Shown: in pieces, positions 37,301-46,798 of the stretch
How the letters are laid out: every line of letters begins with the position of its first letter
How positions within the stretch are numbered: the stretch's first letter is position 1
From: a virus
Lineage: Duplodnaviria; Caudoviricetes
Strand: one strand, 5' to 3'
IMG/VR virus record: IMGVR_UViG_3300020473_000029
Span: 1-61,152 of that record
DNA: 61,152 bases
Notes under the pieces: model-generated
Told to the model about the DNA's origin: nothing
Databases searched by the model: none
What the model saw: the letters and a program-made list of their open reading frames with translations, nothing else
Position numbers and translations under genes: made by a program

Positions 37301-38554
37301 TTAAGTGCAGAATTGGGAATTAATGAAACAGGATCAATTTCTATTGCAAATACATCCACATTCAATAATTTTGAAGGTATTAGTACTTCTCAAGGTTATG
37401 CTAAGATTAATAATGAAATTATCTACTATAATTCAATTACTTCCGATGGAGGTGGTGGTGGAACTTTAGGTATAGGTACTAGAGGTGTTGATGGCACTCT
37501 AAGAAGAACACATCCTAATGGATCTGAGATATCTACTTATGAATTAAGTGGTGTATCTCTTAAGAGAATTAATAGATCTCATACTGCAGGTTCAATATTA
37601 TCTGATCCTATGGAAACTGACAAATACTACTTATCGATTGATCGTAGTGGTGTTGTTGGAAGTTTGGCAAGACAATCTGGAGATACTCAAGTAAGTTTCA
37701 CTGCTGAAAATGTTGGTAGTGGTTTAAATAACTTCTCATCTGCTAACGTTCAATTTAATACTATTGAACCTAGAATGAGTGTTATTACTCCTGGTTCTGG
37801 AACATTTATTAGGTCTTCCATGAGAACTATATCAGCAACTAGTGCTGGTGGAAATGAAGTATCATTCCAAGATAATGGTTTTGAACCAGTAACTCTTAAC
37901 CAATTAAATATCCTCCCAACTACAAGGATGCTTGCTTCTAGAGTTAATGAGAATGAATATCTACCTAATTTCCCTGATAACAAATCATTTACTATGACTG
38001 TTGATTTAAGATCCGATGATCCTAATTTATCACCAGCAATTAATATTGAAAATGAAGTTCTTATTCTAGGAAGAAGTAGATTAAATAAACCTATTTCAGA
38101 TTATGTAACTGATGGTAGGTCAAATGCACTTGACAGTGATCCACATACATCAACTTATATTACTAAGAAAGTAAATCTACAGAATCCAGCATCTTCATTG
38201 AAAGTTATTGTTGGTGCTTATAGAGATGAATCTGCTGACTTTAGGGTTTTATATCAATTGTTTAAGGCAGATTCTAGTGAAATTGAACCAGCATTTGAAC
38301 TATTCCCTGGATATGATAATCTAAGAGATTTAGATGGTGATGGTTTTGGTGATCTTGTTATTGATTCTACTTTAAGTAGTGGAAGACCAGATAAATTAGT
38401 ATCTGGAAGTCTAGACGGTGAATTTAAAGAGTATCAATTCAGTATTGATGAATTAGATGCATTTACTGGTTTTAGAGTTAAGATTGTAATGAGTGGAACA
38501 AATGAAGCAAAACCACCAAGATTTAAAGATCTAAGATGTATTGCACTTGCTTAA
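31301..38554 (+). CDS. VrlC-like (DUF4815-type) large virion structural protein, 2417 aa
   Basis: PYYDDF...QARELT, APGADR, RTFEESGDY, DPLAQSF and GSLFKSQN motifs. Confidence 0.85.
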   Translation: MPQKTNLNINPYYDDFKKSNNYYRVLYKPGHPIQARELTTSQSILQNQLESFGSHIFQEGAMVIPGGVMCDSQYAAVKLNPDHLGVNISVYASFLVGKRLRGESSGVVAVVDSYSDINENEGVTHLTIWVKYVRGGTDNETSTFIDGEILITEDAFTYGNTTINVEDTVASIISENAKGVGYSVAIEKGVYFIRGTFVDVSKDRIVLDPYTNNSSYRVGLTISEEIISSKEDESLYDNAKGFSNYAAPGADRLKISTKLSKKLLTDNDDKTFVELVRVENGEIKKIKSQNEYSIIKDYFAKRTFEESGDYAVDRFIVDVEELLDNRKGNDGIFLDTQITSDGNVPTEDMVAVNVSAGKAYVKGYDVESVGTTTVDVDKPRDIQKVDTAMVPFEFGLSIRLNNVVGTPLLAVNNSSNTVDLYSGRRSATSGTDTLIGKARVYSFSVTDAPYTGAATEFDLYLYDVQTYTIITLNESISSTDAPISTRVRGVSSGATGFIVENPSTTAKLTETSGTFLQGERLIFNEEENSSNANGVNRTVKSVDTWGINDVKSVFQDSTALGLDNDFIADLALQPRILSGFSVTDEIEVAATTGVTKCPGRNFAAKLKVGSLISYQRSDNNDLTLNKVTANDGSTITLDDTPLDVTGLYDNNSDLAYVGTFRVMVPIVRNNGGLYAKLDERAISSVDFSSSSLAVETQINDLTTDSDGALTFGVGNITTANAGITTSFFETFDAERYSIHYNAGAIDPLTSDKFTLTNNGKTVNFTGLTASQTNNVTVNATVLKQGITSKQKDYLRSEKRNVTLSKSAASTATTGLTQNKFYGLRVEDREISLNVPDVAKVIGVYESLNTSAPILDKISIPSGFTLTSNALLGEEIIGTESGTVVQITNIPDDTSVEFAYLNSNKFEVGEVIKFRESDITTTIVTITNGSYQNVTNEFTLDRGHRETHHDYSRIVRTSTSYIPTYQLLVVYDKYRVPANDNGDVFTVNSYPQSRYGEIPQLPDGTRLSDVLDFRPRVSDFSVTNKSPFAFGSRDFGVTGNNPSLIVKPNESSIIGFDHYLPRMDRLVLTKAGKFTVIKGESSLNPKFPVNVEDAMDIATIEYPAYLFDVRNARVVHIDNRRYTMRDIGKIEDRVENLETITSLTMLELDTKSLQVKDADGFDRFKSGFFVDDYRDDQRFEQNSNASVDPRTNELITPIDFETIKPELALDPAVDVSTADFSADLNLLDPNVKKTGDILTLNYTEKEWIKQPLASIVENVNPFSMVEYNGNVKLSPASDNWVRTVYIDGGVRNVTAGVSGNSVTWAGQGGSQQSAGWTTSGTGTGSGESWQPDENTVYASGAGSRTLDTFIETILTGSAADTHIRSRNVTFNAHGLAPYTKYHSFFDGQSGLDIIPKLVQISMNSGAFTAGETVHGYIGAELLFVARLCSPSHKEGPLTAPTTTMGNNPYDRGIILSLAYSASATVLNIDLNGLHEEARGEFYGYITKGMTILGTTSNAEATVSDINLITDNWGDLAGSFFIRCPLMNPAPPKRFTVGTKTFKLTSSDTNAEPLPGSLLIQACETTYKTSGIVETYKQTTVVVKDPPAPPPPPPADDGDPLAQSFTVDETGAYLTGVDFFFGNKDPQEKIACELRTMELGTPTNIMVQDFARVDLHPSEVNTSADGTVPTRFQFPSPIYLEPEREYALVLRAPTTLLYEAWIAQMGDKTVGTSDLPDDENVMVTKQYLGGSLFKSQNGTIWTASQFQDLKFTLHKAEFVPSGTATFYNPNLNLSEVGHTGLIYNPIKVFPRKLKVTIDAVAGGSGTLDQPGAKISDGTTNTDAFGYLERVGGGANQGALTQTNAGTGYENGTYTAVPLYTITGAGSGATATVVVATNKVSSVTIGLNQNGSGYSVGDVVGVTTADVGKGSGAQFSIPSLLNYDTLYLTDCRGETFDTSGSTDFYVDGTVFNTGSTHITACTQTGGVLYTGNVVEIQKPNHAMHGANNLVTLENIQPNSVQTSLSAELGINETGSISIANTSTFNNFEGISTSQGYAKINNEIIYYNSITSDGGGGGTLGIGTRGVDGTLRRTHPNGSEISTYELSGVSLKRINRSHTAGSILSDPMETDKYYLSIDRSGVVGSLARQSGDTQVSFTAENVGSGLNNFSSANVQFNTIEPRMSVITPGSGTFIRSSMRTISATSAGGNEVSFQDNGFEPVTLNQLNILPTTRMLASRVNENEYLPNFPDNKSFTMTVDLRSDDPNLSPAINIENEVLILGRSRLNKPISDYVTDGRSNALDSDPHTSTYITKKVNLQNPASSLKVIVGAYRDESADFRVLYQLFKADSSEIEPAFELFPGYDNLRDLDGDGFGDLVIDSTLSSGRPDKLVSGSLDGEFKEYQFSIDELDAFTGFRVKIVMSGTNEAKPPRFKDLRCIALA

Positions 38555-38555
38555 T

Positions 38556-38750
38556 ATGTTAAGAGTTGATGGTCATAAGAATCTTTATAGAGAAGATTCT
38601 TCTGGTGCTATAGTTAATACTGATACAGTTTCATATAAACAATATATGAAATTGAAAGAAAGGAAGAGGAATGAAAAAGAAGAACTTGATCGTTTAAAAA
38701 GTGAATTAGATGAGATTAAATCTTTATTGAAAGAACTACAGCATAAATAA
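38556..38750 (+). CDS. Small coiled-coil virion-associated protein
   Basis: VDGHKNLYRE..SGAIVN plus coiled-coil tail; ATG just after the upstream stop. Confidence 0.75.
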   Translation: MLRVDGHKNLYREDSSGAIVNTDTVSYKQYMKLKERKRNEKEELDRLKSELDEIKSLLKELQHK

Positions 38751-38769
38751 TTAAAAATATAATTAACTG

Positions 38770-39108
38770 ATGGCAGTATACGTAACTAATCTTGTTGTAA
38801 ATGCTGGTGCTGATTTCAGTCAGAGTTTTACTCTAGAAGATGCTAATAGCAATTCGGCAAAAAATTTGGCTGGGCATAAGGTTTCTGCACAAATGAGGAA
38901 ACATGCTGCAAGTTCAACTAAAACCAATTTTACAACTGCAATAGTAAATGTTGCTACAGGAGAGATTAAAGTAGGTCTTACTACAACTCAGACTGCAGCA
39001 TTAAAACCTGGTAGATATGTATATGATGTAATGCTTACTGATAATACCGATTCTATGAGTAGAGTCGTTGAAGGTATGGTATTAGTTAGAGAGGGAGTCA
39101 CTCGATGA
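38770..39108 (+). CDS. Hypothetical structural protein (BppU-N-like beta domain)
   Basis: GADF...AQMRK...GRYVYDV...RVVEG pattern. Confidence 0.8.
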   Translation: MAVYVTNLVVNAGADFSQSFTLEDANSNSAKNLAGHKVSAQMRKHAASSTKTNFTTAIVNVATGEIKVGLTTTQTAALKPGRYVYDVMLTDNTDSMSRVVEGMVLVREGVTR

Positions 39109-39368
39109 GTGTTAAAGTAACCACAAATGCAGCAAGTACTGTTCAAGTTCGTGTAGGACAGCAAAATGCTATTAAAGTAGTATCTTCAAGTTTATCATCT
39201 TCTGGTAATCTTGCTAATATTAATGATATAGATGCATCAAATAGAGAAAATCTAAGTATGTTAATGTATAATAATACAACAGGAAAGTATGAACATGTAT
39301 CACCATTTCATGTAGTTGATATGTCAGATAGTGTCCAAGATAGTGCTATGGACGGTGGTACTTTTTGA
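39105..39368 (+). CDS. Hypothetical structural protein
   Basis: 87-aa ORF ending MDGGTF, a terminus shared with the next gene. Confidence 0.75.
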   Translation: MSVKVTTNAASTVQVRVGQQNAIKVVSSSLSSSGNLANINDIDASNRENLSMLMYNNTTGKYEHVSPFHVVDMSDSVQDSAMDGGTF

Positions 39369-39416
39369 TTAAGATCTTTATCGAATAAATATAATTAAAA
39401 GTAAAGAAATTACAAC

Positions 39417-40955
39417 ATGGCTTCTCCTGTAATTCAGTTTAAGAGAGGTGCTTTCGCTAGTTTGCCAGCGTTAAAGGCAGGAGAACCTGCTTTTACCAAT
39501 GACAAATATGATTTATATATTGGATTAGATAATAACTCTTCAAACAACAAATTTTTCGGTTCTCATCGATATTGGTTGAAAGAAACCACCACTGCTGGTT
39601 CAGGATTGAACTTAGTTGAGGGAACAAACAATGGTACTCACTCTATAACAGTACAATCACCTGCATCATTAGCAGCAGATTATTCCATTACATTTCCTGA
39701 TGCACAGGGAGCAAACACAACGATACTTCAGAATAATGGGTCTGGTGTATTAAGTTGGACTGCTGCACCTACCTTTACTGGTGCCCTGACAATATCAGAT
39801 ACCACTGATTCTACTAATAAGGATACTGGTGCTATCATTTGTGAAGGTGGTGTTGGTATAGAAAAGAGTGTTCATGTTGGAGCAGCACTTTCTGTAACAG
39901 ATAGGTTATATGTAGGAGGACAATCAGAATTTATTGGTATTGCTACATTCCGTGGTGGTACAGTTAGACTTGGTGATTCTGCTTCAGATGATATTTACGT
40001 TGGTGGTGAATTTAAATCTAATCTTGTTCCAGATGATGATGGTACTTATGATCTAGGTACATCTTCACAAGAATGGAATGATCTGTTTATTGATGGAACA
40101 GCAAATATTGATTCATTAGTTGCTGATACAGCAGATATAAACGGTGGTACTGTTGATGGTGCTACTATCGGTGCTAACTCAGCATCCACAGGTGCTTTTA
40201 CAACTTTATCTGCTAGTGGTCAAACTGATCTAAATGGTGACATCAACCTCGGTAACGCTAATACTGATAGTATTACTCCTGTTGGTAGATTTGATGCTCA
40301 TATCATACCTCTTACTGATAATGCGGTAGATTTAGGTGCATCTGGAGTAGAATTTAAAGACTTATACCTTGATGGTACAGCAAATATTGATACATTATCT
40401 GCTGATAGTGCAACACTTGGTACTGCAATAGTTTCTGACTTAACAGACAATCGTGTTGTTATTGCTGGTACTTCTGGAGAACTAGAAGATAGTGCAAACC
40501 TAACATTCGATGGTTCTACACTTGCACTTACAGGTGCTCTTACAGTTTCAACTAACGCAACCATAACTGGTAATCTAACCGTTCTGGGCACACAATCAAT
40601 CTTAAACACAGAAACGTTAAAGGTTGAAGATAGTCTTATTGAAGTTGGACTTGTTAATAGTGGTGGTTCACTTGTACCACCAAGTTCAGATGGCAACATT
40701 GATGTTGGTGTCATAATGCACTATTATAGCGGTTCTGCTAAGAAGGCTGCTGTATATTGGGATGATTCCGTATCAAGAGTTGTTGTTGGTTCAGACGTTT
40801 CTGAATCTACTAGTGTTCTAACTGCTGCTGCATATGCTGCATTAGAAGTTGGTTCATTATGGATTAAAGATGCTGCAGGTCAAACAGAGACTATTGGACA
40901 TGATGGATCACAAAGAATTCTTCATAATATAACTGTAGATGGTGGTTCGTTCTAA
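39417..40955 (+). CDS. Tail fibre-like protein
   Basis: IQFKRG...GEPA N-terminus, GGVGIEK and DLG...W..LF repeats, C-terminal DGGSF. Confidence 0.78.
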   Translation: MASPVIQFKRGAFASLPALKAGEPAFTNDKYDLYIGLDNNSSNNKFFGSHRYWLKETTTAGSGLNLVEGTNNGTHSITVQSPASLAADYSITFPDAQGANTTILQNNGSGVLSWTAAPTFTGALTISDTTDSTNKDTGAIICEGGVGIEKSVHVGAALSVTDRLYVGGQSEFIGIATFRGGTVRLGDSASDDIYVGGEFKSNLVPDDDGTYDLGTSSQEWNDLFIDGTANIDSLVADTADINGGTVDGATIGANSASTGAFTTLSASGQTDLNGDINLGNANTDSITPVGRFDAHIIPLTDNAVDLGASGVEFKDLYLDGTANIDTLSADSATLGTAIVSDLTDNRVVIAGTSGELEDSANLTFDGSTLALTGALTVSTNATITGNLTVLGTQSILNTETLKVEDSLIEVGLVNSGGSLVPPSSDGNIDVGVIMHYYSGSAKKAAVYWDDSVSRVVVGSDVSESTSVLTAAAYAALEVGSLWIKDAAGQTETIGHDGSQRILHNITVDGGSF

Positions 40956-40980
40956 CAACTAAATAATAACTTATAAATAT

Positions 40981-41006
40981 AGGTGGGATAACTCCCACCT
41001 TTTTTT
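40981..41006 (+). terminator. Rho-independent terminator abutting a late promoter
   Basis: AGGTGGGA-TAAC-TCCCACCT plus T-run, directly after TATAAATA (40972-40979). Confidence 0.75.
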
Positions 41007-41016
41007 ATATCTAACT

Positions 41017-41232
41017 ATGAATGAACAAGATTATAAGAATTTGATCGTAGCATATCAAAACAAATCTTACGATTTATTTTCTCAAGTTGTTGCTTTAGAA
41101 GCAAAACTAACTACTTCAAATCAATTAGTGGAGGCATTAACTGCTAAAGTTAACGAATTGAAATCTGACTTAGAGAAAAAACCAAAAACACGAAAGAGTA
41201 GTACAAAACAAACTGAGATTGGGGAATTCTAA
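41017..41232 (+). CDS. Small coiled-coil protein
   Basis: 71-aa heptad-rich ORF after the fibre gene. Confidence 0.75.
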   Translation: MNEQDYKNLIVAYQNKSYDLFSQVVALEAKLTTSNQLVEALTAKVNELKSDLEKKPKTRKSSTKQTEIGEF

Positions 41233-42077
41233 TGGCAAAACCAGCATCTAGACAACAACTCATCGATTACTGTCTAAGGAAGTTGGGTGCTCCAGTATTG
41301 GAGATAAATGTTGATGATGATCAAATAGATGATGCTGTTGATGATGCATTTCAATTTTTTAATGAAAGGCATTTTGATGGTGTTGAAAGAATGTATCTTA
41401 AATATAAAATATCAGATGAAGATATTAATAGAGGATCAGCATCAGGTACAACTGGTGTTGGAATAGTAACAACATCTGCAACTTCAACTTCAATTGCTGG
41501 TTATGGTACCACAACTAGTAATTGGTATGAAACATCTAATTTTATACAGGTTCCTGATTCTGTAATAGGTGTAGAAAAGGTATTTAAGTTTGATACCAGT
41601 TCAATATCTGGTAGTATGTTTAGTATAAAATATCAGTTATTTTTAAATGATCTTTATTATTTTAATTCAGTAGAACTTTTACAATATGCAATGGTTAAAA
41701 CATATCTTGAGGATATTGATTTTCTTTTAACTACTGATAAACAAGTAAGATTTAATAAAAGACAAGATAGATTATATCTAGATATTGATTGGGGTTCTCA
41801 AACTGCTGATGATTTTATTGTTCTTGATTGCTATAGAGTTTTAGATCCAACAAACTTTACTGGTGTTTATAATGATAGTTTTCTTAAAAGATATTTAACT
41901 TCATTAATAAAAAGACAGTGGGGGCAGAATTTAATTAAGTTTAAAGGAACCAAACTTCCTGGTGGAATTGAACTTAACGGTAGAGAAATATATGATGATG
42001 CTGAAAGAGAATTGGAAGATCTTAGATCTAAGATGACTTCCGAATACGAACTTCCACCCTACGACTTTATTGGATAA
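41232..42077 (+). CDS. gp13: Neck protein gp13
   Basis: YCLRKLGAPVLEINV...QWGQNL.KF..LPGG motifs. Confidence 0.93.
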   Translation: MAKPASRQQLIDYCLRKLGAPVLEINVDDDQIDDAVDDAFQFFNERHFDGVERMYLKYKISDEDINRGSASGTTGVGIVTTSATSTSIAGYGTTTSNWYETSNFIQVPDSVIGVEKVFKFDTSSISGSMFSIKYQLFLNDLYYFNSVELLQYAMVKTYLEDIDFLLTTDKQVRFNKRQDRLYLDIDWGSQTADDFIVLDCYRVLDPTNFTGVYNDSFLKRYLTSLIKRQWGQNLIKFKGTKLPGGIELNGREIYDDAERELEDLRSKMTSEYELPPYDFIG

Positions 42078-43471
42078 TGGCACTTAATCCATTCTTTTTA
42101 CAAGGTTCTGCATCAGAACAAAGATTAGTACAGGAACTCATTAATGAGCAACTGAAAATTTATGGTGTAGAAGTAACATATATTCCAAGAAAAATTGTAA
42201 ATAAAAGCACTATAATTGAAGAGGTAACTACATCAAAATTTGATGACAATTACTTATTGGAAGCATATGTAGAAAACTTTGATGGATATTCTGGACAAGG
42301 TGATATAATGACAAAGTTTGGTGTTAATATTAAAGATGAATTAACATTAACCATATCAAAAGAAAGATTTGAAGATTTTATTGTTCCTTTTTTAGAAGGT
42401 GAAAGTGATTATGAAATTGTACTTTCTAGCAGACCTAGAGAAGGTGATTTGGTTTATTTTCCATTAGGTCAAAGATTATTTGAAGTTAAGTTTGTTGAGC
42501 ATGAACAACCTTTCTATCAATTGGGAAAAAATTATGTTTATCAACTCCAATGTGAATTATATGAATATGAAGGTGATGAAATTATTGATACTTCTATAGA
42601 ATCAATTGATACTCTAATTGAAGATAAAGGTCCAATTACAGATCTTAAATTAATTTCTACTGCAGATCAAGCAAGAGCAACAACAACCATAGGAACAGGA
42701 GGTATTCAAAGAATATTCTTAAATAATGATGGTTATGGATTTACTAGTATTCCTACAATATCATTTACTGCAGCACCATCTGGTGGAACTACTGCAACTG
42801 CTGTTGGTATTTTAACAACTAGAAATAATATAACATCTATTAAAGAAATTTTAATAACAAATGCAGGTGGTGGATATACAGAAGAACCACTAATAACAAT
42901 TACTGGTGGTGGTGGAGCAGGAGCAGCTGCTACTTGTTCCTTAGTTCCATCTGGTAAGAAGGGTATTCAAACTATTGTTATGACTAATTTTGGTCTTGGA
43001 TATTTAACTGCACCAAGTGCAACAGTTACATTACCATCACTTACCCCAAATCATCCTGCACTTGTTACTCCAGTTATTAAAACTACTTCTGGTATTAGTA
43101 CAGTACCATATATTGGAATAAATTCTGCTGGTGCAGGATTCTTCTCACCACCAGTATTAACTGTTGGTACTGGATCTACCACTGGAATTGGAACATTCTG
43201 GTTTAATGAAGAAGTTATTGGTGCTACATCAAATGTTGTTGCTAGAGTCAAGAATTGGGATCAAGATACCAGTATATTGCAAGTTGGTATTCAAACTGGT
43301 CAATTCTATCCAGGCGAACAAATTACTGGTCAGAAATCTGGTGCTGTATATAATATACAGGTTAGTGCAGCAAACACTACTACCGATAAATATAAAGAGA
43401 ATGAAAACTTTGAGTTGGAAGCAGATCAAATTTTGGACTTCGCAGAATCTAATCCATTTGGTACATACTGA
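42077..43471 (+). CDS. gp14: Neck protein gp14
   Basis: EQRLVQELINE, RPREGDLVYFP, FYQLGK and ESNPFG motifs. Confidence 0.92.
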   Translation: MALNPFFLQGSASEQRLVQELINEQLKIYGVEVTYIPRKIVNKSTIIEEVTTSKFDDNYLLEAYVENFDGYSGQGDIMTKFGVNIKDELTLTISKERFEDFIVPFLEGESDYEIVLSSRPREGDLVYFPLGQRLFEVKFVEHEQPFYQLGKNYVYQLQCELYEYEGDEIIDTSIESIDTLIEDKGPITDLKLISTADQARATTTIGTGGIQRIFLNNDGYGFTSIPTISFTAAPSGGTTATAVGILTTRNNITSIKEILITNAGGGYTEEPLITITGGGGAGAAATCSLVPSGKKGIQTIVMTNFGLGYLTAPSATVTLPSLTPNHPALVTPVIKTTSGISTVPYIGINSAGAGFFSPPVLTVGTGSTTGIGTFWFNEEVIGATSNVVARVKNWDQDTSILQVGIQTGQFYPGEQITGQKSGAVYNIQVSAANTTTDKYKENENFELEADQILDFAESNPFGTY

Positions 43472-44274
43472 TGTTAGGAACTTATTACTATCACGAAATT
43501 ATTAGAAAAACTATTATAGGTTTTGGAACCCTTTTTAATGGTATTTACCTTAGACATAAAGATTCTAATGGAACTACTTTTAGTGAAATGAAAGTTCCTT
43601 TAGCATATGGTCCTACACAAAAATTTCTAGCAAGATTAGAACAACAACCAGATCTTAACAAACCAGTTGCTATAACATTACCAAGAATGTCATTTGAGAT
43701 GACAGATATTTCATATGATGCGACTAGAAAGTCTGGTATTACTCAAACGTTTAAAGCAGTTGATAATAGAGATGATAATATGAAAAAGGTTTATATGCCT
43801 GTTCCATATAATCTTGGATTTGAATTAAGTATATTAAGTAAATTAAATGATGATGCCTTACAAATTGTTGAGCAAATACTTCCATATTTTCAACCAGCAT
43901 TTAATTTAACTGTGGATTTGGTAGAAGCAATAGGAGAAAAAAGGGATATACCAATTCAATTGAATAGTGTTTCTTTTCAGGATGATTATGAAGGAGATTA
44001 TGCAACTAGAAGAGCATTAATATATACATTACAATTCTCAGCAAAAACTTATCTCTTCGGTCCTGTTGCAGAGTCCTCAGAAGGTCTTATCAAAAAAGTT
44101 ATTGTTGATACTGCAATGGATACTAATACAGTAACTGCTAAGAGAGAAATGAGATATACTGTAGAACCAGATCCAATAACTGCTAATCCTGGAGATGACT
44201 TTGGATTTAGCGAGACAATATCATTCTTTGGTGATGCTCAGGATTACAGTCCTACAAGACAAACTGATATCTAA
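43471..44274 (+). CDS. gp15: Tail sheath stabiliser/terminator gp15
   Basis: FGTLFN, VPLAYGP and QIVEQILPYFQP motifs. Confidence 0.93.
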   Translation: MLGTYYYHEIIRKTIIGFGTLFNGIYLRHKDSNGTTFSEMKVPLAYGPTQKFLARLEQQPDLNKPVAITLPRMSFEMTDISYDATRKSGITQTFKAVDNRDDNMKKVYMPVPYNLGFELSILSKLNDDALQIVEQILPYFQPAFNLTVDLVEAIGEKRDIPIQLNSVSFQDDYEGDYATRRALIYTLQFSAKTYLFGPVAESSEGLIKKVIVDTAMDTNTVTAKREMRYTVEPDPITANPGDDFGFSETISFFGDAQDYSPTRQTDI

Positions 44275-44711
44275 TGAATACCATGTCTAGTTATGATCCT
44301 ATTGATGAAGCATTAAATACTACTAGTAGTATTGAAGTTAGTACAACACCTGAAGGTGGATGTGTTAGACGAAAAGATAATCTTACAAATGTTACTAATG
44401 ATGTAGATAAAGATTATGAATACACTCGTGCCAACTTATATTCACTTATCGAAAAAGGACAAGAATCTCTTAATGGTATTATGGAACTTGCGGGTGAGAG
44501 TGCGAGTCCAAGAGCATATGAAGTCGCAGGTCAAATTATTAAGTCTGTTGCTGATACTACAGACAAATTAATGGAACTTCAGAAGAAAGTTAAAGAAATT
44601 GATGAGGATAAAGGAAAACCAACACAAGTTACTAATAATGCAGTTTTTGTAGGATCTACTTCAGAACTTGCTAAGATGATTAAACAGGGACTTCCAAAAA
44701 ATGACAAATAA
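44274..44711 (+). CDS. gp16: Terminase small subunit gp16
   Basis: DYEYTR, PRAYEVA and NNAVFVGSTSEL motifs. Confidence 0.92.
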   Translation: MNTMSSYDPIDEALNTTSSIEVSTTPEGGCVRRKDNLTNVTNDVDKDYEYTRANLYSLIEKGQESLNGIMELAGESASPRAYEVAGQIIKSVADTTDKLMELQKKVKEIDEDKGKPTQVTNNAVFVGSTSELAKMIKQGLPKNDK

Positions 44712-44868
44712 TATTCCTTGGGAAGAAGATAGTATTAAAGTTGATGATGCTGATGGTAATTTAGCATTTGAAATAATAGATTTAGTAAAACCAGATAAAC
44801 TAGTACCAACATATATAAAACCAGAAGAACACTCTGATTGGAGAACGGAGATTAGTTTTAATAAATAG
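44701..44868 (+). CDS. Small acidic hypothetical protein, 55 aa
   Basis: Manually translated MTNNIPWEEDSIKVDDADGNLAFEIIDLVKP...SDWR. Confidence 0.6.
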   Translation: MTNNIPWEEDSIKVDDADGNLAFEIIDLVKPDKLVPTYIKPEEHSDWRTEISFNK

Positions 44869-44885
44869 TTAAAAAAATTGCGGTT

Positions 44886-45143
44886 ATGTTAATTAAAGTT
44901 TTAGCGGCTGAGGGTGATCTCTCTAGTGCGTCCAATGTTAATACAGCTACTGTGGTAAGACTTTTTAATAACCATAGTGCAGCATTAGTTATAACAAGAA
45001 AGGATTCTGGTGGTACTACTATTGGTAGTTTAACAGTAAATACTAAAGAGACTGTTTATCTAGAAAAAGTTTCAACTGATACTCTTACTGCAGCATCTAA
45101 TGGAGGTAGTGTTTTAGTATCTAAGGTGGCATACGGAAATTAA
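44886..45143 (+). CDS. Hypothetical protein
   Basis: 85-aa ORF behind AATAAATA. Confidence 0.75.
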   Translation: MLIKVLAAEGDLSSASNVNTATVVRLFNNHSAALVITRKDSGGTTIGSLTVNTKETVYLEKVSTDTLTAASNGGSVLVSKVAYGN

Positions 45144-45148
45144 TACCA

Positions 45149-46798
45149 ATGAAACAAGATGATGTATATCTAGGTAATCCCAATTTAAAAAGGGCGAATA
45201 CCCAGATTGAATTTACTAAGGAACAAGTTATAGAGTTTCTTAAGTGTAAGGAAGATCCAGTATATTTTGCAAATAATTATATTAAAATTGTTTCTCTTGA
45301 TGAGGGACTAACACAATTTCATCCATATGATTTTCAAGAGAAGTTAATTAGAAACTTCCATGAAAATAGATTTAATATATGTAAGATGCCTCGACAGACT
45401 GGTAAATCTACCACATCTGTTTCATATCTTTTACATTATGCTGTTTTTAATGACAGTACAAATATTGGTATATTGGCAAACAAAGCAGCAACTGCTAGAG
45501 ATTTATTAGGTAGACTGCAAATTGCATATGAAAATTTGCCTAAATGGATGCAACAGGGTATAATCTCATGGAATAAAGGGAGTCTAGAACTTGAAAACGG
45601 ATCAAAGATATTGGCTGCTTCTACGTCTGCAAGTGCTGTCCGAGGTATGTCATTTAATATCCTCTTCCTCGACGAGTTCGCTTTTGTCCCAAATCATATC
45701 GCAGAAGATTTCTTTAGTTCCGTTTATCCTACTATTACGTCTGGTAAATCAACGAAAGTTATAATGGTTTCAACCCCTCATGGGATGAATCATTTTTATA
45801 GGTATTGGCATGATGCAGAGAGAGGAAATAATGAATATATACCAACTGATGTTCATTGGTCACAAGTTCCTGGTAGAGATGCTGAATGGAAAGCACAAAC
45901 TATTGCAAACACATCAGAACAGCAATTCAAAATTGAGTTTGAATGTGAATTTTTAGGATCTGTTAATACTCTCATCAATCCTGCAAAATTGAGGACGATG
46001 GTATATGAGGAACCAATTAAAAGAAATGCTGGATTAGATATCTACGAAAAAGTACAAAAAGACCATAATTACATAGTTACAGTTGATGTTGCCAGAGGAT
46101 TGGGTAATGATTATTCTGCATTTGTAGTTTTTGATACTACAGAATTTCCTTATAGGGTAATTGCCAAATATAGGAATAATGAAATTAAACCTATGTTATT
46201 TCCTAATATTATTATTGATGTTGCAAAAAATTATAATAATGCTTACATTTTAATAGAAGTTAATGATATAGGAGATCAAGTAGCAAGTATCATTCAATAT
46301 GATTTGGAATATGAAAACCTTTTAATGGCATCTATGAGAGGAAGAAATGGTCAAATAGTTGGACAAGGTTTTTCTGGTAAAAAGACACAACTTGGAGTGA
46401 GAATGACATCTTCAGTTAAGAAGTTGGGATGTTCTAATCTCAAAACTATGTTAGAAGATGATAAATTAACTCTTTGTGATTATGAATTAATTTCAGAACT
46501 TACCACTTTTATACAAAAACATCAATCATTTGAAGCAGAAGAAGGATGTAACGATGATTTGGCAATGTGTTTAGTTATATTTGCATGGTTGGTTGCACAG
46601 GATTATTTTAAAGAAATGACTGATAATGATATTCGTAAGAGATTATATGAGGAACAGAAGAATCAAATAGAACAAGATATGGCACCATTTGGGTTTATTT
46701 CAGATGGATTTGACACAGAAAGTTTTGTAGATGTTGAAGGAGATAGATGGCATGTTGATGAATATGGTGATCGTTCTTATATGTGGGATTATCGATGA
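45149..46798 (+). CDS. gp17: Terminase large subunit gp17
   Basis: PRQTGKS Walker A, LDEFAF Walker B, STPHG, VDVARG and NDDLAM nuclease motifs. Confidence 0.96.
   Translation: MKQDDVYLGNPNLKRANTQIEFTKEQVIEFLKCKEDPVYFANNYIKIVSLDEGLTQFHPYDFQEKLIRNFHENRFNICKMPRQTGKSTTSVSYLLHYAVFNDSTNIGILANKAATARDLLGRLQIAYENLPKWMQQGIISWNKGSLELENGSKILAASTSASAVRGMSFNILFLDEFAFVPNHIAEDFFSSVYPTITSGKSTKVIMVSTPHGMNHFYRYWHDAERGNNEYIPTDVHWSQVPGRDAEWKAQTIANTSEQQFKIEFECEFLGSVNTLINPAKLRTMVYEEPIKRNAGLDIYEKVQKDHNYIVTVDVARGLGNDYSAFVVFDTTEFPYRVIAKYRNNEIKPMLFPNIIIDVAKNYNNAYILIEVNDIGDQVASIIQYDLEYENLLMASMRGRNGQIVGQGFSGKKTQLGVRMTSSVKKLGCSNLKTMLEDDKLTLCDYELISELTTFIQKHQSFEAEEGCNDDLAMCLVIFAWLVAQDYFKEMTDNDIRKRLYEEQKNQIEQDMAPFGFISDGFDTESFVDVEGDRWHVDEYGDRSYMWDYR

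Noticed and set aside
15789-40955. Diversity-generating retroelement or invertible tail-fibre cassette
   Set aside because: No reverse transcriptase or invertase, and no near-identical template/variable repeat pair was visible by eye
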